A DNA stretch of 64,000 nt from Candidatus Babelota bacterium. Its GTDB lineage: Bacteria; Babelota; Babeliae; Babelales; Vermiphilaceae. The DNA lies in assembly GCA_003963225.1 (NCBI GenBank), contig RXKB01000001.1, positions 105,957 through 169,956 on the forward strand, read 5' to 3'. Shown one piece after another: positions 1-8,670 of this stretch. Under the pieces are notes generated by a model. It had not been told where the DNA came from. It was given only the letters and a program-made list of their open reading frames with translations, and made no database searches. Position numbers and translations under genes: made by a program. Numbering within the stretch: position 1 is the first letter of the stretch; the number at the start of each line of letters is the position of its first letter.

Positions 1-57
1 GCAGGTTGATGGAGAAGTCGAACTTGAAATGGACACCAGGTTTGGTCTTCTGGTCAT
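1..57 (-). CDS. hypothetical protein, 5' end only (runs off the window)
   Basis: The ATG at 57..55 forms an ATGA junction with the stop of 54..311. The frame stays open to the window edge. Confidence 0.35.
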   Translation of the reverse strand, partial: MTRRPNLVSISSSTSPSTC

Positions 58-311
58 CCTCGTGAATTTCGGGCTTTAACGAAGGTTCGCTCATTTGCTT
101 CCTGTGCTGCTCGTTGTTTCTCGGAGGAACGGCGGGCCTGGCCCTCCTTGTAGCCGTTCATGTAGCATTTTTTTAGATGCCCGGCGTACTGGCCACCCCG
201 GCAACCCAAATTATGATAGGCATCGTTTTCACCGCGATGATAGACAGTTACACCATCATTGTCGGCCTTGTAATTCTGGAAGTTCTTTCCAGACTCACGT
301 TTCTTCTTCAT
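54..311 (-). CDS. hypothetical protein (85 aa)
   Basis: ORF on the track with an ATGA overlap to the upstream gene 308..916. Confidence 0.6.
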   Translation of the reverse strand: MKKKRESGKNFQNYKADNDGVTVYHRGENDAYHNLGCRGGQYAGHLKKCYMNGYKEGQARRSSEKQRAAQEANERTFVKARNSRG

Positions 312-916
312 TTCGGTGGAGTGCGAGTAAACGCGAAGTGCTCGTCGAGTCGGCCCTTGACGTATCGGATGTTGTGTTTCTTCACCCAGTCACGCAGCAT
401 GTCACCGGTCTCCTTGGCATAGTCCACATACGAAGGAGAAAGACACACGCCGATCGACGTGATGTTGTTGGTCAGCGCAGGCATCTTGATGCTGCGCCGG
501 TGGATTACATCGTTCCAACCGGACAATTGTCCACGTTCGAACCTTGGCCGTGGCCGGAAAAGGTTGACGTTGCCGGAACAATCGCCCCTGTAGGCGGTGT
601 ATCCGTGGTGCCAGACGTACCGCCCCTTCTTGCGCCACGAGACGTAGGAGACCCACGTACCGCAGGAGAACTCCGTCACGTCCGCCTCAGCCAGATCGGA
701 GTGCGTATCCACGTTCAACAAGGTGTCGCAACCAGAATCGTCCACAAACCGCAGCATCTGCTGATGGTTCATGACCGCCACGCACGGCACACCTCTCCTC
801 TTGACGAACTTGGCCACGCGATCGAGGTGCTCATCCACCAACCTGAGGAAGGTTGGGCGGTCACCTTCGCCGGCAGCGTTGAAGAAATCCAGATCCAACG
901 ACAAATAAGTCCCCAT
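308..916 (-). CDS. hypothetical protein, possibly arginase/deacetylase-fold (UPF0489-like)
   Basis: 202-aa ORF. The LDLDFF and DTHSD motifs resemble metal-binding motifs of that fold. The function is not verified. Confidence 0.65.
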   Translation of the reverse strand: MGTYLSLDLDFFNAAGEGDRPTFLRLVDEHLDRVAKFVKRRGVPCVAVMNHQQMLRFVDDSGCDTLLNVDTHSDLAEADVTEFSCGTWVSYVSWRKKGRYVWHHGYTAYRGDCSGNVNLFRPRPRFERGQLSGWNDVIHRRSIKMPALTNNITSIGVCLSPSYVDYAKETGDMLRDWVKKHNIRYVKGRLDEHFAFTRTPPK

Positions 917-940
917 TTTCGGAAGTTGTTTTGTTGTGTT

Positions 941-1228
941 TCAGGGTGCCGCAGGCTGGGCACCACTGGTTGTATCCTTTGGCGTCTCCGATCGGTCATC
1001 GACGACGATATCAATTATCGGTGCCACCTGGAACCTGATCCTCTTGACCTGCTCCGCCAGAAACGCCAAAGCGCCCTGTCGTTCAACAAGGCGCTGTGTT
1101 TCCTCCGGCACGGTCTCCTGATCAATGTCCTGGCGTATCTGTGAAGCCCTGATGCGGATCGCCGCGTCCAATTCGCCAAGCACCGTAGTGTTCGGGATAG
1201 GAACTACAGGGACACGTACTATATTCAT
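941..1228 (-). CDS. hypothetical protein (95 aa)
   Basis: ORF in the same orientation as the block, with no recognisable motif. Confidence 0.5.
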   Translation of the reverse strand: MNIVRVPVVPIPNTTVLGELDAAIRIRASQIRQDIDQETVPEETQRLVERQGALAFLAEQVKRIRFQVAPIIDIVVDDRSETPKDTTSGAQPAAP

Positions 1229-1328
1229 ATGGTAAACTCGTTCTCCTTGACCTTCTTCGGCTTTTCAGGAGGCGGTTCCGACGGAGCAGGCTTTACCGGC
1301 TCGTGTCGGCGTATTTGTCGTGCTCCCA

Positions 1329-1814
1329 TTACGGCCTCCATCGGATATTGCTCAACACATCGGAGTCAAAGTCCACCCGGGTGTTGTAGCCGTTCTCGGC
1401 ATTGAGATCATCGGTCAACCCGCAATCTCCAAACCGGGAGACCATTACAATTTTCAACGTCGTACCAGCCGGCACTTGCACCTTCTCCGTGTTCGCCTCC
1501 ACCGACGGATACTGATTTCCATTCCACTTGTGGAGGATTACTGGCTGGGTGATGGTGGCATAGGCGTGCGTCGGCTTAAACTCACCCTTGAGCCGATACA
1601 ACTCATTGATGATATTCACTTCCTCCACCGTACGGATGGATGGACCATCAGGCGGCGGGTCATCGGGGTCAGAGCGTTCATCCAGTTGACGCTGCAACTC
1701 CTTAATAGTGTTGCCGGCCCATACCGACCAGGCAATACCGCAGTCGGTGCACGTGTCACCGATCCATTGGTGGGACTCTTGCGAAAGCCCACACTTGTTA
1801 CCTCGTTTGCTCAT
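1329..1814 (-). CDS. hypothetical protein (161 aa)
   Basis: ORF with protein-like composition and a Cys pair near the N-terminus. Confidence 0.65.
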   Translation of the reverse strand: MSKRGNKCGLSQESHQWIGDTCTDCGIAWSVWAGNTIKELQRQLDERSDPDDPPPDGPSIRTVEEVNIINELYRLKGEFKPTHAYATITQPVILHKWNGNQYPSVEANTEKVQVPAGTTLKIVMVSRFGDCGLTDDLNAENGYNTRVDFDSDVLSNIRWRP

Positions 1815-1901
1815 TTCCTATTTTTGTTAGATTCTCGCTGTTATCGCTGACGGCAAGACCTGTTGCTCGCCCCAGCCGCCTCAGCCAAACAAAGCGCATA
1901 A

Positions 1902-2528
1902 TCAGCTCTTTTCTCCTGCCTTGTAGTTCTTGTAGTCCAGCGGATCCACTCCGCGTACAATGTCGCTCATTCTGGCGCTCATCAGATCGCTCTGATGAAG
2001 GAGCTGGGCCGATGGGGTCGCCGGAGATACCGGACTTCCCCACTCTCGGCACCCATGATGGGCCATAATGGCGTGTTGAACCGCCCCGGTAGGGTAGCTG
2101 AGCTTCTCATGCGCAACCATCTCCTCGAAGATCTTAACCCCAAGGTGGATGTGGTGGAACCAACGGCTGTCTTGGGTCTTGACCCATTTTCCGTCTGGTA
2201 GTTGAGTGTAGGCCTTGACCTTTCCGGCGTCGTGGTACAAGGCGGCAAGGAAGTATTCATCGTAGGGAATGACGTGCTGCAGATTCAACACCGCACGAGT
2301 CTGCAGGCCAATCTGGATGACCTCAGCTGTGTGTTGGGCCAGCCCGCACACCGTGTGATGGTGGCCAAATGACTGTGTGGCTGCCGGATATGTGAAGAAC
2401 GACGGATAATTGGCCTCAAGATATCCGACACCTTTCTCACAGGCTATGTGGCTATCCAGTGTGGGAGCCGCCTCTGCCAGTTTGTAGATGTAGTTAATCC
2501 AGGCTTTTGCTTCAGGTTGCTGACTCAT
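1902..2528 (-). CDS. HD-domain phosphohydrolase
   Basis: An H...HD pattern (HHHTVCG ... LAALYHDAGK ... AHHG) typical of the HD superfamily. Confidence 0.75.
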   Translation of the reverse strand: MSQQPEAKAWINYIYKLAEAAPTLDSHIACEKGVGYLEANYPSFFTYPAATQSFGHHHTVCGLAQHTAEVIQIGLQTRAVLNLQHVIPYDEYFLAALYHDAGKVKAYTQLPDGKWVKTQDSRWFHHIHLGVKIFEEMVAHEKLSYPTGAVQHAIMAHHGCREWGSPVSPATPSAQLLHQSDLMSARMSDIVRGVDPLDYKNYKAGEKS

Positions 2529-2863
2529 TTGTTGTCAGATGTCGACGCCGGAGGAATTCGAAGCTCCCGCCACAGCGCTGTCAGGTATTCAACTGCCTTG
2601 GGGTATCCCCAGGCGTGTACAAGCATCGGTTCCTTTGTGACGTTATCCTTAGTCACTTCAACGCTGCGCCCAGTATCGGACCAGTCGATCTCCACCACCC
2701 GTTTACGCCACCCAATACGGATAACGCCGTGCTGGGTCACAATGAGCCACCAAGGACCAGTGATGTCGTTCTTTCCTCCCCAATACTGGTTGGGTGTTTC
2801 GTAGATGCTCCGATATTGGATGCCGGACAAGGCCACCAACCCTTCAGCTTCTTTACGGTTCAT
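2525..2863 (-). CDS. hypothetical protein
   Basis: ORF 2525..2926 trimmed to the internal ATG (MNRKEAEG) to limit overlap with 2853..3230. Its stop makes an ATGA junction with the start of the next gene (1902..2528). Confidence 0.55.
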   Translation of the reverse strand: MNRKEAEGLVALSGIQYRSIYETPNQYWGGKNDITGPWWLIVTQHGVIRIGWRKRVVEIDWSDTGRSVEVTKDNVTKEPMLVHAWGYPKAVEYLTALWRELRIPPASTSDNK

Positions 2864-3230
2864 GGCTTTTTTTAGCTGCCAGTTCAGCCTCCTGCTTGAT
2901 GCGCTCCTCGCACAGAAGCATCTCACCGGTCATGTCTGCCACATCCATCGAGGGTCGTGTGCCTCCGTTGAATTTGACCGGCACATAAGCGCCCCAGCCA
3001 TTCATCGGATAGAAGTTCAGTGGAGCGTTCTGCAGGATGCAGACGCCTTCATACCCTGTGCCACGACGGTCGGAGTCGTAGTCCTTCACTCCCGCATCGG
3101 AGAATGCCGCCCAGACACCTTCACAGTCGGTTCCGTCGCAATAGATGTTGATCTTGCGAAGGTTCTTATCATTGATGGGAAACTCCTCGAAATCGAGGGT
3201 CTTGCCGTCCTTGAACTTGAATTGAGGCAT
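2853..3230 (-). CDS. hypothetical protein (125 aa)
   Basis: ORF with protein-like composition. Confidence 0.65.
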   Translation of the reverse strand: MPQFKFKDGKTLDFEEFPINDKNLRKINIYCDGTDCEGVWAAFSDAGVKDYDSDRRGTGYEGVCILQNAPLNFYPMNGWGAYVPVKFNGGTRPSMDVADMTGEMLLCEERIKQEAELAAKKSHEP

Positions 3231-3233
3231 ATG

Positions 3234-3476
3234 TCAGTTGCAGTTGATTGTAATGGTGCCCTCAAAGGGCTCCCACATAGATTTGCGGTCGTTGGGACTA
3301 GGCCACGCCTTTCGGTTTTCGGCATCAAGCCCGGTAGGTTTCAGTTCGATCCCTTCATCCTTGCTCAGAAACAGCACGACGACACGGTCGCCTTGCCCTT
3401 CCCAACGCATGATGCATGGATATTCGATCTTCGGTCTACGGATGTATTTCCGTGCCGGCTTTATGGTGACCTTCAT
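3234..3476 (-). CDS. hypothetical protein (80 aa)
   Basis: ORF in the operon orientation. Confidence 0.55.
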   Translation of the reverse strand: MKVTIKPARKYIRRPKIEYPCIMRWEGQGDRVVVLFLSKDEGIELKPTGLDAENRKAWPSPNDRKSMWEPFEGTITINCN

Positions 3477-3780
3477 TTGTCACAGTTCCATCAGTCTTGA
3501 AGGTGAGATGGGTGGGAAGAGACGGCATCTGGACAGGTTGCCAGACACCTACATATCCTTCCCGCCTTACTGAAGGGTCAAACGGCCTCATAGGCATGAA
3601 CCTGCCATTGGTGACCGCCATCATGCCGTTCGATATTGCCCGAACGGTTACGTAATGCAATTCCAACCTCGGAGGGATGCTGCCGGTGAAGTGTCCGCCC
3701 ATTGAGCCAAAACACTCGTCACCATAGAACCAATAGCTGCCTTTCTTGGTCGGAGCCGAAGAAGTCCAGTCGTCAGGCAT
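3436..3780 (-). CDS. hypothetical protein (114 aa)
   Basis: ORF in the operon orientation. Confidence 0.6.
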   Translation of the reverse strand: MPDDWTSSAPTKKGSYWFYGDECFGSMGGHFTGSIPPRLELHYVTVRAISNGMMAVTNGRFMPMRPFDPSVRREGYVGVWQPVQMPSLPTHLTFKTDGTVTNEGHHKAGTEIHP

Positions 3781-3783
3781 GAT

Positions 3784-3969
3784 TTAACCACCCACCAACG
3801 GCCCTGGCTGCCTCCTGGAGCGCTTTTGGCGCCTCAGACGGGTCAACACAGCGGTACCGGTGGGTGAAAGCGGCACAGAGGCCGCCAGCTGTTCGAGCGC
3901 CTGCAACCTGGAAGTAGGTGCGTGCGCCAGCCTACCTGCCAGGGTAGGCCATTTTGGGGATTCAGGCAT
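3784..3969 (-). CDS. hypothetical protein (61 aa), doubtful
   Basis: Short ORF rich in Arg and Pro. It fills the gap between neighbouring genes. Confidence 0.3.
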   Translation of the reverse strand: MPESPKWPTLAGRLAHAPTSRLQALEQLAASVPLSPTGTAVLTRLRRQKRSRRQPGPLVGG

Positions 3970-4222
3970 ATGAAGGGTTCAAGCCGTCCTCACAAACGTG
4001 CGTGAACAGGGCAGGACGAAATCCGGGAATGACGTTGGATGAATCAATGGCTTCCGGTACAAACCGGTACACAGGTTCAATACCATCACGCCACAATTCA
4101 AACACGCCGTTGTTTTCCCTCAGGATACCATCATAAGATGAGCGCAGTCCGGTTTCCCGGCTGCAACAAATCACCATGACTTCCCAATTGATCATCTTGC
4201 GGAGCTGTTCAAGTCTAGTCAT
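3962..4222 (-). CDS. hypothetical protein (86 aa)
   Basis: ORF in the operon orientation. Confidence 0.6.
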   Translation of the reverse strand: MTRLEQLRKMINWEVMVICCSRETGLRSSYDGILRENNGVFELWRDGIEPVYRFVPEAIDSSNVIPGFRPALFTHVCEDGLNPSYA

Positions 4223-4253
4223 GGCTTTATTTTAGCCATGAGCAGGCCTACAA

Positions 4254-4565
4254 TCACGTGAATTCTTCGTACTGCCCACGAGGCAAGGGCATGCGACGCA
4301 GTTGTATCTGTGGATACTTCATGCTATCGCTGTCATCCGGATACGCAATACGCTCGATGGCGCCGACAGAGAACAGCAAGGCCATGGCCTGGTCGTTGAA
4401 GCCCAACATCACCCTCCAACGGCCACTGTCTGCACGTTTAAGCTGACCGAACAACCCAATCTCGGAATCGGGAGCAAATATCGGTGCGTACAATGTAACC
4501 TTTTGCTCCACAAGTTCTTCCAGTCGGCGCGTAATGTCGTCTCTGGTTGTGTAGCTCGTGGCCAT
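4254..4565 (-). CDS. hypothetical protein (103 aa)
   Basis: ORF in the operon orientation. Confidence 0.65.
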   Translation of the reverse strand: MATSYTTRDDITRRLEELVEQKVTLYAPIFAPDSEIGLFGQLKRADSGRWRVMLGFNDQAMALLFSVGAIERIAYPDDSDSMKYPQIQLRRMPLPRGQYEEFT

Positions 4566-4972
4566 TACATCAAACCTTTATCTCGGCAGAAGTCCACCCA
4601 GGCGCTCAGCACACCCCGGGCAAGGCCCTTATTGTCAGACAGTTCGTAATCCGCCCGATTGTATCCTTCCACACTGGCAATTTCCTGAAGGCACCATTCA
4701 CGCTCATGAATGGTCATGGGGCGGCCGGTGCGTTCGTTGGCAAAGGCGAACAGGTCGTCTTCAGTAAGCACTCCTTGAGAGCCGTCTGGCAGGTCAGGGC
4801 TTGCACCCTCGGTACCTGGCACCACAAGTTGCACTCCATGGTCTGCACCATGGGTTACAATCCACTTTCCGACGGCCTCAGCCGTGGTTTTACCACAATC
4901 CCAGACGGCTGGGTTGCCTTCCAGGGCACAATGAATGTCCCCATTGCGGCGAGTGATGACTAATTTCAGCAT
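4565..4972 (-). CDS. hypothetical protein (135 aa)
   Basis: ORF that abuts the next gene. Confidence 0.65.
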   Translation of the reverse strand: MLKLVITRRNGDIHCALEGNPAVWDCGKTTAEAVGKWIVTHGADHGVQLVVPGTEGASPDLPDGSQGVLTEDDLFAFANERTGRPMTIHEREWCLQEIASVEGYNRADYELSDNKGLARGVLSAWVDFCRDKGLM

Positions 4973-4978
4973 AGGCTC

Positions 4979-5266
4979 TTACTGTTGAATGAGTTGTGAA
5001 AGTTCGGACACTGACATACCGCGAAGGTCTTCGATTTTGACCGTAGTTTTGGACCCACTGGTAGGTTCCACCCCGGACAAAACATCAATGGCTATCTGGA
5101 ACTGCTTGGCTGCCTGTCGAGCGTCGTCCCAGTGGGCTTGTTCGAAAGTCGCACCACAATCATCGCACTTGGCCCAGATTTGACCGTTTCCCAGTCTGGT
5201 ATCGGCATTCTCGTGGGCACAGGGGGTCTGCCGGCTCACAATACGTATGGCTTGGTCTTTTGTCAT
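4979..5266 (-). CDS. hypothetical protein with a possible Cys4 zinc site (95 aa)
   Basis: ORF with Cys spacing C..H...C..C. Confidence 0.6.
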   Translation of the reverse strand: MTKDQAIRIVSRQTPCAHENADTRLGNGQIWAKCDDCGATFEQAHWDDARQAAKQFQIAIDVLSGVEPTSGSKTTVKIEDLRGMSVSELSQLIQQ

Positions 5267-5269
5267 AGG

Positions 5270-5563
5270 TCAGCCAATGATAGGTATTTCCGGTGGACGA
5301 GTTTTACCCTTGGCAACGGCGTTGCGTGCTCTGGCCAGGCAACCATTGATGCTCTTGGAGTAGAAATGACACTTGGGCATTCCCATCCTGCCGATGGACA
5401 GGCACCAGCCGACGCCTCCACCCTGCTCCTCAGACAGCAATACCCTTGAAAGCGACGTTCCAGGTACGGCACCACTACCATAACCGATACCAAAAGAGTC
5501 TTCCAGCCTTGCGAGCTTGAGTTCCCAGCCTGAAGGGCCATTTGAGAATATTCTACGAGCCAT
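5270..5563 (-). CDS. hypothetical protein (97 aa)
   Basis: Preferred over the overlapping frame 5263..5595 because its composition looks more protein-like. Confidence 0.5.
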   Translation of the reverse strand: MARRIFSNGPSGWELKLARLEDSFGIGYGSGAVPGTSLSRVLLSEEQGGGVGWCLSIGRMGMPKCHFYSKSINGCLARARNAVAKGKTRPPEIPIIG

Positions 5564-5676
5564 ATTTCATATCGTTGTAAGTCGTTGGGAGGCAAGAGCC
5601 AATGTGGATAATGCCTAAAATAGGTAGGAAATGGGATTAAATCACGACAAATATCCCGACACGGTGTCGCGATCGT

Positions 5677-5706
5677 CGTAAGTCCTTGATAGCATTGAGG
5701 TCTACG
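5677..5706. repeat. 30-bp direct repeat, copy 1
   Basis: cgtaagtccttgatagcattgaggtctacg, identical to 5767..5796. Confidence 0.95.
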
Positions 5707-5766
5707 CAGATATTCCTCTAACTATATTGGAAATACATAAATGAAATGGAAATTCCACCCAATTTA

Positions 5767-5796
5767 CGTAAGTCCTTGATAGCATTGAGGTCTACG
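5767..5796. repeat. 30-bp direct repeat, copy 2
   Basis: Perfect copy 90 bp from copy 1. It contains the stop codon of 5792..6271. Confidence 0.95.
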
Positions 5797-6271
5797 AATG
5801 GGAATTACCCAGATACGCTTCGCTTTGCTCCATTTCCCAATCCAATTGTGGGACAGGAAGGGCTTCAAGGCTATTGGAGGCACTGATGGAGAAGGGGCAG
5901 ACATGGATGCTATGTGGCTCCTCCGAGAAATGGATGTACACGAATTGAATGGCCTTGGGGTGTTCGTGCCTGGCCATATGGTAGGCTCTCAAGAGGTAAA
6001 GGCTGTTGGTGACGATGATGTGGCAGTCACCCAAGAGCTGTCCTCTGGCGGCCTGTGGCATCTGTTGACCTGTCAGGGTGTTCTCAGGATACCACTCAGG
6101 GGTTTCCCCTGCCCTGAACAACCTCCAAGGTCTGGATTTGACCAGATCAGGCCTATTGGAATAGACGATCTTCAGCATCCCACGATAGGAATGCAAGGGA
6201 GGAAGACCCTCAAGAGAGGGATGTATCTCTTGTACTATAGGGGAAGAGGGGGAGACAGGGGTATCGGACAT
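5792..6271 (-). CDS. hypothetical protein (159 aa)
   Basis: ORF preferred over the antisense ORF 5798..6295. It is flanked by repeat motifs. Confidence 0.6.
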   Translation of the reverse strand: MSDTPVSPSSPIVQEIHPSLEGLPPLHSYRGMLKIVYSNRPDLVKSRPWRLFRAGETPEWYPENTLTGQQMPQAARGQLLGDCHIIVTNSLYLLRAYHMARHEHPKAIQFVYIHFSEEPHSIHVCPFSISASNSLEALPVPQLDWEMEQSEAYLGNSHS

Positions 6272-6399
6272 TTGAAATTGAATTTACGTAGGTAAACTGG
6301 AAATACCTGTATTTGTTCGGGGTAAGACCAGGACTACCTTTTTTTAGCCCTACACCAATAGGGCGTTTTCACTTCCTATAGAGCATCAACGCCTTAGCT

Positions 6400-6774
6400 T
6401 TATTCCGATTTGGGAACTTCAGCCGGCATAAGCTCCTTAGCTATGTCTAATATCTTGATTCTTACATATCTACCTGTATCAAGACAGGCTTGAAACGCTG
6501 CGCGTCTATCCTCGTCTGAACGCCAATACGAGGGGTCAATCGCTGTTCTCTCGGTCTTGTTCAGCAGTTCTTCCATCCTATTCATTACCCTCTCCTGAAG
6601 GTCTACCAGAAGCAACAGCTGCTCTGCCCTCAATCTATCGATGTTCTTCCGTATGGCTGCTGTTGTCTCTGACATTTCAGCTGCCTGTGCCACTGTAGCT
6701 ATTAGGCTTCTGACCGACCTCATCAACTCTTCGTCACAGGATTGATGTTCCTGCTGTCTGTCTTGCATGTTCAT
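6400..6774 (-). CDS. hypothetical protein (124 aa), helical/coiled-coil-like
   Basis: ORF only. Confidence 0.65.
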   Translation of the reverse strand: MNMQDRQQEHQSCDEELMRSVRSLIATVAQAAEMSETTAAIRKNIDRLRAEQLLLLVDLQERVMNRMEELLNKTERTAIDPSYWRSDEDRRAAFQACLDTGRYVRIKILDIAKELMPAEVPKSE

Positions 6775-6851
6775 GTATTGTGGTGCTGACTGTTGCCTGC
6801 TGACTGTTGGCTCAATGGCCGGACGTATCCGGCTGTTGTTCTACTATGATC

Positions 6852-7133
6852 TCAATGCAGATCTCTCCACCCATGTACCTCAGGTACTTGTCTGGCTTCC
6901 TCGTTGGGAATTACCGTCCAAGCCTTGGGTTGTGGTTGTGCTGCTCCGTTGTGAACGAACGCAATTGCCTCACGTATGCGATTTGGATTTACCCTGCCTT
7001 CCAGTCTCCTCATCACCTTGCCCACCAACAAGGTGTCATCAAAGTTGGAAGGCAACTCCTTCTGAAACAACTCGTTCATCGTCGTGAAGATGAGTGCGAA
7101 GTCGTTTATTTGATTTATTCCTGCCGTATTCAT
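6852..7133 (-). CDS. hypothetical protein (93 aa)
   Basis: ORF with an ATGA junction at 7133/7130. Confidence 0.6.
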   Translation of the reverse strand: MNTAGINQINDFALIFTTMNELFQKELPSNFDDTLLVGKVMRRLEGRVNPNRIREAIAFVHNGAAQPQPKAWTVIPNEEARQVPEVHGWRDLH

Positions 7134-7396
7134 TTGAACCTTGCCCTTTGCGTCTCGTTCATCCAGTTCACCAACGCCTGGCTGTTCTCGAACGGTCCGA
7201 TGAAGGTGTAGGAACTTACGATGATGACGTGTTGCTGTTCGCCTGGAGTCTTGGCTCCGACTCCCTTTCGTTCCTGTCCCTCCTTGATCGCATAATCCTG
7301 CACGGCCACCGTCCCATGGACCCAGTGGCCGCTTTCAACTTGGAACTCATATTGCACTCCAGGACGTACGTCGCTCTCTTCCCAGGTAATCTTCAT
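7130..7396 (-). CDS. hypothetical protein (88 aa)
   Basis: ORF that abuts 7397..7699. Confidence 0.65.
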   Translation of the reverse strand: MKITWEESDVRPGVQYEFQVESGHWVHGTVAVQDYAIKEGQERKGVGAKTPGEQQHVIIVSSYTFIGPFENSQALVNWMNETQRARFK

Positions 7397-7699
7397 TCAG
7401 TCTCCCTTGTCGTCTTCTCCCTTCGGATCCACTGGATCCTCCGGCGCCGGCTGCCTGGTCCTTGCGACCCGCTCCTGCCTGTGAAAATATCTGAGGATAA
7501 ACAATTCCCTCAGCCTTACTATCTTGGACGTGTCCTCCCTTGCGTCCTCGTCCCCGAGGAACATCTCCTCCACCAGGCGCATGTTGCCGTCCCTGGCGGC
7601 AATTCCCAGGCTCAGGAACTCCCGGCCGATCGACTCCAGGTCCACCGCCGTCGTTTCCTTGTGCTCGGCGAACGTCATCGGTCCGTTGATGTCGCTCAT
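7397..7699 (-). CDS. hypothetical protein (100 aa), acidic
   Basis: ORF with an ATGA junction to 7696..7971. Confidence 0.65.
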   Translation of the reverse strand: MSDINGPMTFAEHKETTAVDLESIGREFLSLGIAARDGNMRLVEEMFLGDEDAREDTSKIVRLRELFILRYFHRQERVARTRQPAPEDPVDPKGEDDKGD

Positions 7700-7971
7700 G
7701 CCTTGTTTGCCTCCTTCACCAGCGTCGCCGCCAGCTCCTCGGCATTTGGAAACAGGCCTGCCTGGTAGATTTCCTGCTCCTTCTCCGACGCCGGAAGGTA
7801 GCAGTCGTTGACCACCAGATAAATGACGTTCGTGACCACCTCAGGTTCCTGATCCCTGGTGTACTGCGTCGCACTGCTGGTCTTGACCATCTTGACCGTC
7901 GCCCTCTGGATCCGGTTGTTCTTCATGTACACGACCGAGTCGCCCAGGTTGTATTTGGTTTCGAGTTGCAT
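7696..7971 (-). CDS. hypothetical protein (91 aa)
   Basis: ORF only. Confidence 0.65.
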   Translation of the reverse strand: MQLETKYNLGDSVVYMKNNRIQRATVKMVKTSSATQYTRDQEPEVVTNVIYLVVNDCYLPASEKEQEIYQAGLFPNAEELAATLVKEANKA

Positions 7972-8190
7972 TCAGCTTCCGTTGAAGTCAGGCCAATCAC
8001 GGCCCATTTGTTCTGCTCGCTCCGCCAGTTCCAACAACGCCCTCGATATTTTGAGTGGCGTGCACTGGCATATTGAGTTCGTTCCCATCCCCTTTGGCGG
8101 GTTGATGCGACAGCCGTGGTTGCCACATCCGTATTTAAGCCGTCTCGCCAGGTTCTCCACGTCCTCCTGCAGCTCCAGCCGTCCGTTCAT
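7972..8190 (-). CDS. hypothetical Cys-rich protein (72 aa)
   Basis: ORF 7972..8328 trimmed to the internal ATG (MNGRLEL), which makes an ATGA junction with the stop of 8187..8615. Confidence 0.55.
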   Translation of the reverse strand: MNGRLELQEDVENLARRLKYGCGNHGCRINPPKGMGTNSICQCTPLKISRALLELAERAEQMGRDWPDFNGS

Positions 8191-8615
8191 GGCTGCAGGG
8201 ATTTCGCGTAGCTTTCCAGATACGACCTGATGTTCGCCGCACCCTCCGGATTCATGGAGTGCACAACGAACTCGGGAGGAGGCAGGCCGTTGGGCAGAAG
8301 ATGCGTCTCGACCAGCCATTTGGCACAATCAAGTCCCGTCTTCTCCGTCACGTTCCTGAACGCCTCCTCGTACGGAATGCCCGAACGCACCAGCATGTAA
8401 CCGCTGTAGTGCTCGTCGGCAAGGTCGTGGTCGAAGGCGATGAAGCCCGGAAGAACTCCCTTCCTTGCCTCATGATTGATCGTGCGCGTGAATTCCTCGT
8501 AATTCCTCACGATTATCCACGCCACGTTGGGAGGCATTTCCACCCAAGTCACCTGTCGCGGCTCCCTCTCGTCGTCCAGGAACAGGTGGAAGCCCCGGTT
8601 GAATTGCAGTTTCAT
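8187..8615 (-). CDS. hypothetical protein, receiver-like domain seen in phages (LFLDDER ... FDHDL)
   Basis: ORF 8187..8690 trimmed to MKLQFNRGF. The domain guess rests on motif memory only. Confidence 0.6.
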   Translation of the reverse strand: MKLQFNRGFHLFLDDEREPRQVTWVEMPPNVAWIIVRNYEEFTRTINHEARKGVLPGFIAFDHDLADEHYSGYMLVRSGIPYEEAFRNVTEKTGLDCAKWLVETHLLPNGLPPPEFVVHSMNPEGAANIRSYLESYAKSLQP

Positions 8616-8670
8616 TTGGATGCTAAAAAAGGGGGCAAGGATTTCTCCCTGCCCCCGGCACGGTCGGCGA

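Noticed and set aside
95-1144. Long antisense ORFs opposite real genes: 95..1144, 36315..37073, 39257..40138, 40912..41706, 42549..43517, 49083..49829, 50477..51313, 52718..53470 and 54731..55477.
   Set aside because: Their composition is Arg-, Gly- and His-rich, as expected for shadow frames of moderately GC-rich genes. Each lies fully inside a better-supported gene with recognisable motifs or operon coupling.
5677-5796. The 30-bp perfect direct repeats could be a mini-CRISPR array.
   Set aside because: There are only two copies. The intervening segment is 60 bp, well above typical spacer length. There is no leader-like AT-rich flank and no cas gene in the window. One copy overlaps a stop codon.
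5798-6295. A plus-strand 165-aa ORF lies opposite 5792..6271.
   Set aside because: The minus-strand frame has the more protein-like composition and fits the orientation of the whole block. Only one of the two can reasonably be real.
6347-6364. The hairpin GCCCTA-CACCAA-TAGGGC could be the terminator of 6400..6774.
   Set aside because: On the minus strand the hairpin is followed by an A-run rather than a U-tract. On the plus strand only a weak GTTTTC follows, and there is no plus-strand gene to terminate.
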